Origin: the human T2T-CHM13v2.0 reference genome, Homo sapiens
Length of the DNA stretch: 64,000 bases
Assembly (NCBI RefSeq): GCF_009914755.1
Contig: NC_060929.1
Reading direction: 5' to 3' (one strand)
Made by a program: the position numbers and the translations under genes. Position 1 is the stretch's first letter. Every line of letters begins with the position of its first letter. The notes under the pieces are model-generated. The model saw nothing but the letters and a program-made list of their open reading frames with translations. It did not search any database and was not told the origin of the DNA. Below, piece by piece: positions 20,274-39,419 of the stretch.

Positions 20274-20675
20274 AAAATTCTGGCAAAGGCGGGTCTTTGG
20301 GGCTAGCGGAGGGCCGGGTCTCCGGACGGAAATTGCCGAAGACTAGCGGAGGCTCCGAGGCCGGGCGTGGTGGGGCTGGAGGGGAGGGCGGGGGTGGGGA
20401 GTTTCGGCCGAAAGAGCAAATCCGGGGCTGGAGGGGAGGGCGGGGGTGGGGAGTTTCAGCCGAAAGAGCAAATCCGGGTTGGACTGTGTGATTGGGCCCG
20501 GTGGTGTGGGCAGGGCAGGTTAGGTGTGTCCGCTCCTTTCACACTCACCGGTGGTCGGGCGGCGGAGGCGGTGGGAGCGCCGGAGTTGGATGTGCGCACA
20601 TCGGGTGGTGTCCCCCGCCTGCCGAACGGGTAATGAGGCTCTTCTCTGCAGCAAAAAAAAAAAATTCTGGCAAAG
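20274..20675 (+). mobile_element. Unassigned retroposed insert (GC/CpG-rich, ~370 bp) with poly(A) tail and 15-bp TSD
   Basis: AAAATTCTGGCAAAG at 20274-20288 and 20661-20675; A-tract from 20653; internal 52-bp tandem duplication. Confidence 0.75.
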
Positions 20676-20893
20676 AACACTTTTCTTGTTTTTGCTTTGA
20701 GATTTTCTGTTTTGTTTAGTTATTTTTAAATACAGAAGCAGTGCATTATTCTCATTGTTTAAGGAATTTGGCTCTGCAGAAGAATAGAGTGTACAGGTGA
20801 AATTTCCCCATTCACACTGTCCCCTTGCCTCCATGTCAATCTCATTCCTCCCCTCAAAGGAAGACTGTTTAATGCCTTACAGGTATTTGTTGA

Positions 20894-21345
<452 letters not shown>

Positions 21346-22435
21346 TAACAAGGGTATTCTTTTATAATCAGTTACCCAAGGGAAAAAAACAATGTATAAC
21401 ATACTACCATTTATGTTGTTTGTTTGTTTGTTTGTTTTTGGAGACCGAGTTTCGCTCTTGTTGACCAGGCTAGAGTGCAGTGGCACGATCTTGGCTCACC
21501 GAAACCTCCACCTCCCAGGTTCAAGCGATTCTCCTGCCTCAACCTTCCTGAGTAGCTGGGATCACAGACATGTGCCACCATGCCTGGCTAATTTTGTATT
21601 TTTAGTGGAGATGGAGTTTCTCCATGTTGGTCAGGCTGATCTCGAACTTCCAACCTCAGATGATCCGCCTGCCTCAGCCTCCCAAAGTGCTAGGATTACA
21701 GGCGTGAGCCACCGCTCCCGGCCCCATTTATGTTATAATAAAAAAGGATATGCATACATATGTTTTACTTTCATATGTATGCATGGAACATTTCTAGAGT
21801 GGCGTATCAACCTTATAGTAGTGATTGCCTGTGGAGGCAGTCATGGGAGGGGGTTTTCACTGTAAACCTTGGGATCGCGTTTGAATATTTCACCTTGCGC
21901 ATATGTTACCTGCCCTTCCATGTCTTCCTGAGGACTCTCACGGTCTGAGTGCCTGGCAGTGCACCTTACCAAAGAATGGACCAGCAAGAACCACACTAAA
22001 GCTTCATGCATCCTAAGTACAAGGGCTCACCCACTTGAAATTTAAACAAAATATATTCTTTTATTTCATATCAGGCCAAATACTTCAGAGGAACAAAATA
22101 TATTCTTTTTTCTTTTTTTTTGAGACAGTTTTGTAGTTTCGCTCTTATTGCCCAGGCTGGAGTGTAGCGGCACTATCTGAGCGCACTGCAACCTCCGCCT
22201 CCCAGGTTCAAGCAATTCTCCTGCCTCAGCCTCCCAAGTAGCTGAGATTACAGGCGCCCGCCACCTCACCTGGCTAATTTTTTGTATTTTTAGTAGAGAC
22301 GGGGTTTTGCCATGTTGGCCAGGCTGATCTCAAACTCCTGACCTCAACTGATCCATCTGCCTCAGCCTCCCAAAGTACTGGGATTACAGGCATGAGCCAC
22401 TGTGCCTGGCCTAACAAAATATACCCTTTTCTTCT

Positions 22436-22475
<40 letters not shown>

Positions 22476-22984
22476 AGATGGAATCTCTCCCTCTGTCGCC
22501 CAGGCTGGAGTGCAGTGGCACAATCTTGGCTCACTGCAACCTCTGCCTCCCGAGTTCAATCAGTTCTCCTCCTCAGCCTCCCTGAGTCGCTGGGACTGCA
22601 GGTGCATGCCACCACGCCCAGCTAATTTTTTGTGTGTATTTTTAGTAGAGACGAGGTTTCACCGTGTTGACCAGGCTGGTCTCAAACTCTTGGCCTCAGG
22701 TGATCTGCCCACCTCGGCCTCCCAAAGTGCTGGGATTACAGGTGTGTGCCACCACACCCAGCCACAGAATATACTTTTAATGTCAAAAGCTGAAAATAAA
22801 CTGAGTATCTACCAGTCAGGAAATAATTGAATTAATTATGGAACATATGTAATATTCCACACTGTGGTATATTTTGCAGACGTAAGAAAGAATAAAGTGT
22901 ATCTACTGGTATATTGAATGAGACTATACTATATTGAATGAGGAAAGTATGATGCTGAGGAGTACATATATCCCGTTTTTGTAA

Positions 22985-23357
<373 letters not shown>

Positions 23358-23762
23358 AGTTTTTTTTGTTTTTTTTTTTTAATCCAAACTGGCCTAGACT
23401 TTAGACTGATGAGCTTCGTGTTTTGAAAAGTCCCGTGCGCTCCTTTCCTTCAGTAGTATAAGGGTTGTGTCGAGCCATTTGCGTGTGGCAAGTTGGTGTT
23501 TTCACCTTGCTTGCTCATCCTGAAACCTTGGTCTGCAGGGAGCCCACTCTCCTGGCAGCCTGGCCCTGGAGACGCTGACTACTGTGACCCAGGCTGGCTT
23601 TCTCTCTGTACTCTGGGATGTGGATGTTACTGAGCTCTGGCTGTCTCTTGGTTTCTTGAAGACATTGGTACTTCTACAAGGTGATTGGAATATTGGGGAA
23701 CAGTTACAAAGTATTAACCATTAATAAAAAAAAGTTCTTCCTTCTTATGCTCCTTTTAAAAG

Positions 23763-23828
23763 GCATGAAAGAATTACTGATGTCCTTGATCAAAAAAATT
23801 ATGTGGAAGAACTTAACCGGCACTTGAG
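23763..23828 (+). CDS. RUFY1: RUFY1 exon 7 ([21 protein letters not shown])
   Basis: RUFY-family [12 protein letters not shown] motif; gtaaga donor. Confidence 0.93.
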
Positions 23829-24627
23829 GTAAGACTCCTTTTTTTTTCAATGTGACAGTTACATACTCGGTATCCTGTCATTGCTTCATGGAACTTCGAG
23901 TTGCCACGTATTTATAAATAACTTGTTTCCAAACCAAGACAAAAGGGTCATCATTCAGGCAACATTTATTTGTACAAACTGAAGAAGTATGATTTCTTCT
24001 TGATAAACTCTTGGGAAATCTTTATTCTGTGCTTTTTGCAGTTACATAATACACAGAAGTAACTACATTAAACCTTGACTCTCCATTCCTCGCCCCACAG
24101 CCACGTGGCTGGAAATCCCTTCATGGCAAGCACTGTTGCTGCTGGGAATCAGCACACAGCACCCAGTGCATTAGGCCAGGAAAAAAGAGTTGAAAACCAC
24201 TGGGCTAGGCCCTCCAGAGCAATGTACTAGTGATCACCGGCATCTTTATCTTGATTTTTTTTTTTTTTTTTTTTGCTGGAAATCTGTGGATGTGTTTCAT
24301 GAAACACTAATCCTTGGAGGTATTTGTGGGGAATGTGGAGAGACATGTTATTCCCTTTCTGAGTCCCCTCTAGAGAGTACATTGCACATTACAGTTCTCC
24401 ACAGTGGCCACCTCTCCGGCCCCAAAAGCCAGGTGAAGAAGCTGGCATGTTCCTCCCGGTGCAGTTACGGACACATTGCTCTGGGGCTGTTTTTACTTTT
24501 CTTTTTTTTTTTTTTTGACAGGGTCTCACTCTGTTGCCCAGGCTGAAGTGTAGTGGCGTGATCTCAGATCACTGTAGCCTCGAATTCCCAGGCTCAGGCA
24601 ATTGATTCTCCCACCTCAGCCTCCTAA

Positions 24628-24867
<240 letters not shown>

Positions 24868-25367
24868 TGAGAGTATTTATAAGAAATAGATATTAAATTT
24901 TAGAAAATACCTTTTAGTGTCCGTTAATGTAATCATGGTTTTCATCCCATAATCTACTGATGTGGTGTATTTTATTAATAGACTTCTTCATACTGGACCA
25001 TTCCTGTATCACAGGAATAAACTCCACTTGATCATAATATTTTTTATTATGATTTTTTGAGACAAGGTCTTACTCTGTCACCCAGGCTGGAGTGCTGTGG
25101 TACAATCGTGGCTCACTGCAGCCTCCACCTCCCTGGGCTCCGGTGATTTGCCCACCTCAGCCTCCCAAGTAGCAGGAACTACAGGCATGCACCACTACAC
25201 CTGGCTAATTTTTTGTATTTTTTGTAGAGACAGGGTCTCACTTTGTTGCCCAAGGTGGTCTCAAACTCTTGGCCTCAAGCAATCTTCCCTGGTTAGCCTC
25301 CCAACTGCTGGGTTATAGGCATGAGCCACCTCGCCCAGCCAGGATCATAGTTTTCATAATTCAATTA

Positions 25368-25703
<336 letters not shown>

Positions 25704-26165
25704 TTATAGTTTTCTTTCTCCGCCATCATATCAGGGTTATGTAGCATTGCAAAATGAATTAGTAAGCTTTTCCTTATGCCTGGGAACAGCTAGCTTCTAG
25801 ATCATGGGCATTATTTGCCCCTTGTGAATATGAAGCAGCCAGGTGTGATGGCTCACGATTGTAATCCCAGCACTTTGGGAGGCCAAGGCAGATGGATTAC
25901 CTGAGATCAGGAGTTCAAGATCAACCTGGCCAACATGGTGAAACCCCATCTCTACTAAAAATACAAAAATTAACCGGCATGGTGGCGGGCATCTGTAGTC
26001 CCAGCTGCTCGAGGCTGAGGCAAGAGAATCACTTGAACCTGGGAGGCAGAGGTTGTGGTGAGCTGAGATTGCGCCACTGCACTCCAGCCTGGGTGACAGA
26101 GTGAGACTCTGTCTCAAAAAAAAATTTATGAAGCTGAAAGCATTTATGAGGCAATACGTTGCTAG

Positions 26166-26435
<270 letters not shown>

Positions 26436-26438
26436 TAG

Positions 26439-26798
<360 letters not shown>

Positions 26799-27119
26799 TG
26801 ATCCGCCCGCCTCGGCCTCCCAAAGTGCTGGGATTACAGGCGTGAGCCACCACGTCAGGCCTATATTTTTAAGAAAAATATACAATTGGGGGGTATTTTC
26901 TAAATTATCAAGTTGGCACAGAATTGACAATTGTATACTCTTAAAACTTTCCATTCCCTCTGTATCTTTTGGTTTTTTTCCCTTTTTCATTTTGTGTCTT
27001 TGTATTTTTATATTTGTCCCCCGGTTCCTAAGCCTTGGTTCATTAGCCTTGCTAAGTTTATTTCTTTGTCCCCCACTCACTGGCAACAGGGACTGGTCTT
27101 TGGCAGCATGACCTGTTGC

Positions 27120-27310
27120 CCAGAAGTACAGGCTCTAGAGCCAGATTCCCTGGGTTCAGATGCCAGCACCCCTTTGTAGATATGTGAACTTGAGTGAATT
27201 CTTTTATATAAAATTATGGCTGCCTTGTCTGTAAAATGGGCTAACAGTAGGATCTACCTCATTGAATTGTGGGGAAGATTAAATGAGTTGATGCATTTAA
27301 AGTGCTTAGA
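27120..27310. mobile_element. MIR
   Basis: CTGTAAAATGGG...GAAGATTAAATGAGTTGATGCATTTAAAGTGCTTAGA. Confidence 0.65.
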
Positions 27311-27730
27311 GGCCAGGTGTGGAAGCTCATGCCAGTAATCTCAGCAGTTTGGGAGGCTGGGGCAGGAGGAGGATCACCTGAGCCCAGGAGTTCAAGATCA
27401 GTCTGGGTGACATAGTGAAACCTCACCTCTACAAAAAAATACAAAAATTAGCTGGGCCTGGTGGCAAGGTGGGAGGCCAAGGTGGGAGGATCATGAGCCT
27501 TGGAGGTTGAGGCTACAGTGAGCCATGATCACACCACTGCACTCCAGCCTGGGCGACAGAGCAAGACCCTGTTTCAAAAACAAAAAAAAACAAAAAAAAG
27601 TAGTACATGTTATTAAATAATATTTTTTAAATGGGGAAGGTGTAAAAGGGATTTAAAAACACCTTGGGACCGGGCGCAGTGGCTCACGCCTGTGATCCCA
27701 GCACTTTGGGAGGCCGAAGCAGGCAGATCA

Positions 27731-28048
<318 letters not shown>

Positions 28049-28277
28049 CTATCACCATTTGTGTTGGGAGAAAAAAATTCTCTTTCCAGATGACTAAAAA
28101 AGAAATAGGCCGGGCACAGTGGTTCATGCCTGTAGTCCCAGCACTTTGGAAGGCCAGGGTGGGCAGCCTCACCTGAGGTCAGGAGTTCGAGACCAGCCTG
28201 GCCAACATGGTGAAACCCTGTCTCTACTAAAAATACAAAAAAATTAGCCAGGTGCAGTGGCACGCACCTGTAGTCTA

Positions 28278-28430
<153 letters not shown>

Positions 28431-28609
28431 TTATTGAAAAGTATGTTGCAAATGTATATTTAGAATTCTCATCTTCTCTGAGTTAATTGGAGACCCTCTG
28501 CCTTTCCATTTCATACAGGAAATCTAGGAATCTCTCTTACTGTTTACAGATTGAGAAAACAGTCAGCTTGTATAAGTTTATGTTTACTTAATATTCTTAT
28601 TTTCTACAG

Positions 28610-28679
28610 CTGCACAGTTGGGGATCTTCAAACCAAGATAGATGGCTTGGAAAAGACTAACTCAAAGCTTCAAGAAGAG
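28610..28679 (+). CDS. RUFY1: RUFY1 exon 8 ([23 protein letters not shown])
   Basis: ctacag / gtttgt; in frame, coiled-coil-like. Confidence 0.92.
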
Positions 28680-31501
28680 GTTTGTAAGTTTTATTGAAAT
28701 TTTTAGACAAAACAGAATGACCCAAGGTTAAGAGAATCTGTGTAGTCGGTCTGCGATAGCAGAGCTTCCTGCTGGTAGGAGGGGGACTTGCTAGCCTCCA
28801 GCTACCCCACGTGGGACAGGAGAATGTCTGTGTTCTGCTCTGTCCGAGGCTCCCAGTGAGACACTGCAGCGGATCACGAGCCAGTTCTAAGTGACTTAGA
28901 TTTTATCACCTCAAAGTCATCCCATAGAAGGAAATTGTTCTTTGGAAGAGCCCAGCTTGTGTTGTGGAAGTGCCGTGTCTTCCTCTTTTTCTGCCCTTCC
29001 CATGATGCCGTGTGCCTCCCTGCTGCCCCAGAAAGCACAGACTCTGTCATAAGGAATAAGTATCCAGCCCACCCCTTCTGCTTTGGCCTCAGGAGCATGC
29101 AACCAGCCTCCCCACAGTGCGGTCTTTCTCTGCTTTCTCACTAGGAAGAGAGAATGAAAGGACAGGACAAAGGAGGGCTGAGCCGAGGAAGAGAGCTTGC
29201 TGCCAGCTGCCCGGCAGTCTCCTTGCTGGACACATCTTGTCTCCTGTTAGCAGGAGGGGGGTGCTCAGCCCTTCTGAGGCTTTCCACAGGTAGCAGTCCC
29301 CGGCTGCCCAGGCCTCCCACCTAGAAGGACAAGGGCTCTGAGAGGGGCTTGAGAAGGAACACCTCCACGGCATGGAGGTGGGTTACAGCAGAGAAGAGAG
29401 CCTCAGAGCCCATCTCTGTAATGAGGGACCCCGTGTAAGCCTCCCTTAAAGCTGACTGCTCCCTCCTGAGGCGCCAGCCCTGAAAGGCCTTCAGGAAAGG
29501 AGCTCAGATTTGTGTGAGTAGAAGGAAATTCAAGACGGTGTCACAGATGGGGGTGTCATGGGAGAAGCTTCATGGAACTTAGGATTGGAGGCTTCACAGT
29601 CACCTTGGTAGGCAGGCCTTTGAGCCTCAGGTCAGGCAGGTCGGTGGTTGAGCCTCACTTTTGTCACCTCCAAATTAGGTAATAATACATCCTTTACTGT
29701 TGCAAAGATTAAGACGAATATCTGGTAAATGTGCTCAGGACAACACTTGCCACGTGGGAGCACTCGAGTTGTTTGATTTTAGAACAAGCAGATTCCCTGC
29801 ATCTCAGTCAAGATGGCGTGCTTTGATGAAGCTCCAATTGAGCTTTTGAAACTAAGCAGAGTTATGTGGGGTTTTTCTGCTTTTTGAGACAGGGTCTCAC
29901 TCTGTCACCCAGGCTGGAGTGCAGTGGCGCAGTCATAGCTTACTGTAACCTCAGACTTCTGGGCTCAAGAGACCCTCCTGCCTCAACCTCCCAGTAGCTG
30001 GGACTACAGGTACACACCACCAACACCCGGCTAATTTTTTAACTCTTTGTAGAGACGGGATCTCACTTTGTTGTTCAGGCTGGTCTCAAACTCCTGGGCT
30101 AAAGTGACCCACCCACCTTGGCCTCCCAAAGTGCTAGGATTACAGACATGAGTCACTGAGCCCAGCTTCGGTTATGTTTTCTTTTTTCTTTCTTTCTTTC
30201 TTTTTTTTTTTTTTTGAGACAGAGTCTTGCTCTGTCTCCCAGGCTGGAGTGCAGTAGTGACGTGATCTCCGCTCACTGCAAGCTCCCAAGCTCCACCTCC
30301 CGGGTTCACGCCATTCTCCTGCCTCAGCCTCCCGAGTAGCTGGGACTACAGGCGCCCGCCACCACGCCCGGCTAAATTTTTTTTTTTTTTTTTTTTTAGT
30401 AGAGATGGCATTTCACCATGTTAGCCAGGATGGTCTCAATCTCCTGACCTTGTGATCTGCCCACCTCGGCCTCCCAAAGTGCTGGGATTACAGGCATGAG
30501 CCACTGCACCCAGCCAGGTTATGTTTTCTTTAAAGGCAAATGATTGTAATAGAAAATGTGCTTCAGGCAGGTGTGGTGGCTCATGCCTGTAAATCCCAGC
30601 TCTTTGGGAGGCCAAGGTGGAAGACTTGCTTCAGCCCAGGAGTTTGAGACCAGCCTGGGCAACATGGCAACACCCTGTCTCTACAAAAAATTTAAAAGTT
30701 AGCTGTGGTGACACACACCTGTACTCCCAGCTACTCGGGAGGCTGAGGTGAGAGGATCACTTGAGCCTAGGAGTTGGAGGCTGCAGTGAGACAGAGTAAC
30801 ACCCTGTCTCAATTAAAAAAACAAAGAAATGTGCTTAATGAAAAGCGTAGCCCTCTTCAGGGTGTGCTCTCTGCATCTCCAGAGAGTGGAATGGGAATTA
30901 GCTTATGGTTTTTGCCTGCTTCTTCCCTTCGGGCAAGTAACACGCCCTTTCAAGCCTTGGTGTTTCTTTTTTTGGGCACAGCAGTTAATGTGTAGAAACC
31001 CCAGGCCTGGGTTCTGAGTCTAAGTGGAGAGGAATTCTCAGGGGGTGTAGACACTGTTGACAGAGAAAGTGAGGAGTTCAGTGCTTCGAGGTCCCTCCAC
31101 TAGTGAATGATGCCGAGAGCCAGCCAAGCACCAAGGACAGAGATCTTGCTTCTTTCTCCCCAGCTGCACCTTCCTCTCTGCAAGCTGTGTGATGAGGCTG
31201 GAATGAGGAGGGATGGGTTGGTGTGTTTACTCATCTGCCTTGCCTCTTGTGACAGCCTCTCCTTAGGCAGGTCCTGGACAGCGTCCTGCTTCTCTATGCT
31301 TTTCCCTCAGCCATGAGAAGTCCTTCCAGGGGAATAAGAGGTCCTCTTGGGCATATCTTCAATGATTTGTTTTTTATTCCTCCCTGCAAATTCTTTAATT
31401 CTCCCTCTAGTGATTTAAATATACTTTTACCGATCATTAGCTGGAAAAACTGGAAAGAAAGAAGAGTCAGGAAAAAAGCCCATAACCCCTTTACTAAGTG
31501 A

Positions 31502-31931
<430 letters not shown>

Positions 31932-32361
31932 TAGTATTATATCTTAAGTATGTTCTCAAGTGATTAAAAGTTTTTGTAAACATTTTATTGAGTACATGTT
32001 TGTTTTATGCTTCCACTATGATGTAACTATTTCCCTAATAGTGAACATTCAGGCTGTTTCTAATTTTTTGTGTCTATAAATCTTTGTCCACATTCAGCAA
32101 TATGCTATCATTTTTGTAGAGGGAGAAAATCTGGAGAGGGCAGAGATGGCTAGGGGCAAGGGCGGAGGAGAGATTTTACTACATACATTTTCATGTCTTT
32201 GGAATTTGGAACCATGTATTATTACCTATTGAAAACAAGGAAATAAAATATCAAACCTGTGAACATACATTGTCAACTGTGAAGATGCCAAATTAATGTT
32301 TTTAATTTGAACAATAAGATTAATTTTGATGTTAAGAACTGTAAAAATTTTCCTTAATCAG

Positions 32362-32463
32362 CTTTCAGCTGCAACAGACCGAATTTGCTCACTTCAAGAA
32401 GAACAGCAGCAGTTAAGAGAACAAAATGAATTAATTCGAGAAAGAAGTGAAAAGAGTGTAGAG
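32362..32463 (+). CDS. RUFY1: RUFY1 exon 9 ([34 protein letters not shown])
   Basis: aatcag / gtgaga; phase 0-0. Confidence 0.92.
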
Positions 32464-32950
32464 GTGAGAAATTGACCTACATTTGGGCAGCATGTTTCTC
32501 ACTCAGACACACCTATTGTCAATCTCAAGCTCATGGCTTAACAACAACCCAGTCTTCAGAATGCAAAGGTGCCTTGCTTATGTCAGAAAGGGCCTCTCAC
32601 TGCGGTCCCTGCCCACATCACTCTCAGACCACCTGGATCCCTTGGACGGGGACTCCCTTCATGGCCTGTGGGCCTTTGCATGCCAAAGTTCCTACTCGTT
32701 CTTCAGCATCCACTCACCTGCCATGTCCTCCATGATGTCATCCCAGGAGCCGTGGGCGGGCCTGGGCCATCCTCCTGTATTCCCATTGCTCTTTGTGTCC
32801 TTCCATGATACAGTCCCTTTGCTGTTTTGTAGAATTGTTGGCTTGCAGCTCTATCACATGATGACTTGAGGATAGAAACCATATCTGGGCCGGGCACAGT
32901 GGCTCACACCTGTAATCCCAGCACTTTGGGAGGCCGAGGCGGGCGGATCA

Positions 32951-33538
<588 letters not shown>

Positions 33539-33620
33539 TGATCCACCCGCCTCGGCCTCCCAAAGTGCTGGGATTACAGTCATGAGCCACCGCACCCGGC
33601 CAAGTCTTGTTCTGTTTTAA

Positions 33621-34205
<585 letters not shown>

Positions 34206-34440
34206 TAGCCAGGATGGTCTCGATCGCCTGACCTCGTGATCCGCCCGCCTCGGCCTCCCAAAGTGCTGGGATTACAGGCGTGAGCCAATGCGCCCAGCCA
34301 AGTTTTAACCTTTTTCTACCATGCTTAAAAAATAAAAATTACCTTACATTTTTTAAAATTGTGGTATATTTTGAAATACTTCATAATTAGCTTGCTTTCC
34401 ATAAGCAAACAATTCCTCTTGGTGTCCTTGTTTGATACAG

Positions 34441-34557
34441 ATAACAAAACAGGATACCAAAGTTGAGCTGGAGACTTACAAGCAAACTCGGCAAGGTCTG
34501 GATGAAATGTACAGTGATGTGTGGAAGCAGCTAAAAGAGGAGAAGAAAGTCCGGTTG
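34441..34557 (+). CDS. RUFY1: RUFY1 exon 10 ([39 protein letters not shown])
   Basis: atacag / gtgagt. Confidence 0.93.
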
Positions 34558-34629
34558 GTGAGTGTGCAAGACCGAGTGTCTTTAGAAAGAGTTTCCCCGT
34601 AGTGTTAATTCTGTCAACACTTTTCATAG

Positions 34630-35214
<585 letters not shown>

Positions 35215-36293
35215 TGAGCCACCGTGCCCGGCCAGTTTTTTGTATTTTTAGTAGAAACGGAGTTTCACCATCTTGGGCAGGCTGGTCTTGAACTCCTGAC
35301 CTCGTGATCCACCTGCCTCGGCATCCCAAAGTGCTGGGATTACAGGCGTGAGCCACTGCGCCTGGCCATTTTATAAATCTTTACAGGGATTGCTATGAGA
35401 CCAGATTAACGGTTTCTTTGACAATACAATTCTCTCCGTCATAACCTCTGGCCTATTTATTTCCACTCAACCTGTGCATCAGTGACCAGAGTTACTTGTA
35501 AACACTGTTCTTGTACCTGCTTTATTTCTTTGCTTCTTTGCATGGATGCAGGGAAACATGTCCTGGGTCAGGACAGAACCATTTCGAAATGGTTGCACTT
35601 TTGTTGCTATAAACTAGCAAACCATTCCAGAAATTCTAACATTGCACTATCAGATCTCTTCCAGCACTCAAACGAGACAGATATTCTTTGAAAACATGCA
35701 TTCTGATCTGTGGGTATGGAAAACATGGTTGCTGGAACCTAGGCTCATCCTGTTACTGACCAGCTTTCTGTTGACTTGATGTGGAGTCAGCTTTAACCGT
35801 GCAGTGAGGAAAAGGGCAAACACCATCTACTCCTGCCCCAGACAGACTCTTTTCAATCTCCCTAAGCTATTCTCACCTTCAGTTTGTTTGTTTTGTTTTG
35901 GTTTGTTTTTTTCTTTAAGACAGTCTCACCCTGTCACCCAGGCTGGAGTGGTGTGATTTCGGCTCACTGCAGCCTCCGCCTCCCGGATTCAAGCAATCCT
36001 CCTGCCTCAGCCTCCTGAGAGTAGCTGGGATTACAGGCGCATGCCACCACACCCAGCTAATTTTTGTATTTTTAGTAGAGATGGGGTTTCGCCATCTTGG
36101 CCAGGCTGCTCTCGAACTCCTGGCCTCAAGTGATCCGCCCACCTCAGCCTCCCAAAGTGCTGAGGATTACAGGCATGAGCCACCACACCCAGCCTTCAGT
36201 TTGTATTTTAAGCATTACCTGAGATTCAACCCCAGTTAAATACATTTCTGTGATCTATTTTAATAACATTTTCCTTGTAAATATCCTTTTAAG

Positions 36294-36461
36294 GAACTGG
36301 AAAAAGAACTGGAGTTACAAATTGGAATGAAAACCGAAATGGAAATTGCAATGAAGTTACTGGAAAAGGACACCCACGAGAAGCAGGACACACTAGTTGC
36401 CCTCCGCCAGCAGCTGGAAGAAGTCAAAGCGATTAACTTACAGATGTTTCACAAAGCTCAG
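36294..36461 (+). CDS. RUFY1: RUFY1 exon 11 ([56 protein letters not shown])
   Basis: ttttaag / gtggga; RUFY-family coiled coil. Confidence 0.95.
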
Positions 36462-37389
36462 GTGGGAGTTGGCTTTGTGTCCATGGCACAGCCTGGTTTC
36501 TGCTGCTCGCCAGTCTTGTGTCATTCTTCTTACAAAATGAGCGAGTAGACACATAGAGCCCCTCGTATGTGTCAGACCTGCTCCTAGGACCTATTATGAT
36601 TTTGATCCTCATGGCAGTCCCTGAGAAATGGGGGGAAATGTAAGTGACAAGGCAGAGCCAAGTCACTAAGTCACATGCCCCTGGTGACGTAGCTTCTAAG
36701 GGGAGACGTGGGTCTTTTTAACCCAAACCCAAACTTTGTCCATCCACCTTCACTGTCCCTCCACTGTCTGTTTTCTTCTATTTCAACGATTTATTGTTTA
36801 TAGCAAGCATGGAGGAGAGAATTAAAGACGTCATTTAGAGCCAGGCACGGTGGCTCACGCTTGTAATCCCAGCACTTTGGGAGGCCGAGCGGGCAGATCA
36901 CGAGGTCAGGAGTTTGAGACTAGCCTGGCCAGCATGGTGAAACACCGTCTCTACTAAAAATACAAAAATTAGCTGGGCATGGAGGTGCACGCCTCTAATC
37001 CCAGATACTCAGAAGGCTGAGGCAGGAGAATTGCTTGAACCCGGGAGACAGGTTGCAGTGAGCCGAAATCATTCCGTTGCACTCCAGCCTGGGCAACAGA
37101 GCGCAACTCCAACTCGGGGGGAAAAAAAAAAAAGTCATTTAGTATTGTCTTTTCAAACTTTGCCGCTAAGTTAATCTTTCTGAGTCTTCCGGGCCACATA
37201 GGTAGCTGGTTGCCTCTCCTGTGTCATTTCAGGGTGGTCCAAGGGAACTGTCCCAGACAGAACCAATCATGCCAGATTTTGAAAAACAGCATCTAGTCCG
37301 GGCGTGGTGGCTCACACCTGTAATCCCAGCACTCTGGGAGGCCAAGGCAGGCGGATCACGACGTCAGGTGTTCGAGACCAGCCTGGTCA

Positions 37390-37934
<545 letters not shown>

Positions 37935-38069
37935 TGAGCCACTGCCCGGCCCATAATTTCCCGTTTTTTAGCTCAATCTTTTCTAGCAATATGCTATTTG
38001 GTTTCCAGATACAAGGTGTTTCTAGCTGTTCTTTTGTTATTAATGTCTGATTTTATTACATTAAGGTAA

Positions 38070-38538
<469 letters not shown>

Positions 38539-38948
38539 TAAAAGCTGTACTTAGAGAAAAGCACACAGATGGTGGGTGTGAACCCAGTTGCACCCCTCAT
38601 TTGCTCTTCACCTTCATCCAGTCGCTTTCTTCTGAGTTTCTCAATGGGAAAAGTGGGGTGAGAGCATCTTCCTTGAGAACCATTCAGGGCTCAGATGAAC
38701 TAGTGGATGTGCCTGGCACATGGGGACAGCTGGCGAACATTGAGCCTGACCCGACTCTGGAACACGCTGTCAAAAAGGAGCAAAGACTCCCGGACCTCCC
38801 CTCTCTACCTTTCCTTCTGTTGACAAAGCTGAGAGCCTTGAGTCAGTTTGTCTTCCAGGGCTCTGGGGAAGAGCAGCAATTGGTAGAATACTCTTGAAAG
38901 TGTCACAAAGGTACAAGGTTAACAAATATGGCCGGGCGCGGTGGCTCA

Positions 38949-39419
<471 letters not shown>

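Noticed and set aside
23539-23680. Possible cryptic exon (ctgcag...AAG|gtgatt) upstream of RUFY1 exon 7
   Set aside because: Weak splice signals and not needed for the 600-aa frame; no further support
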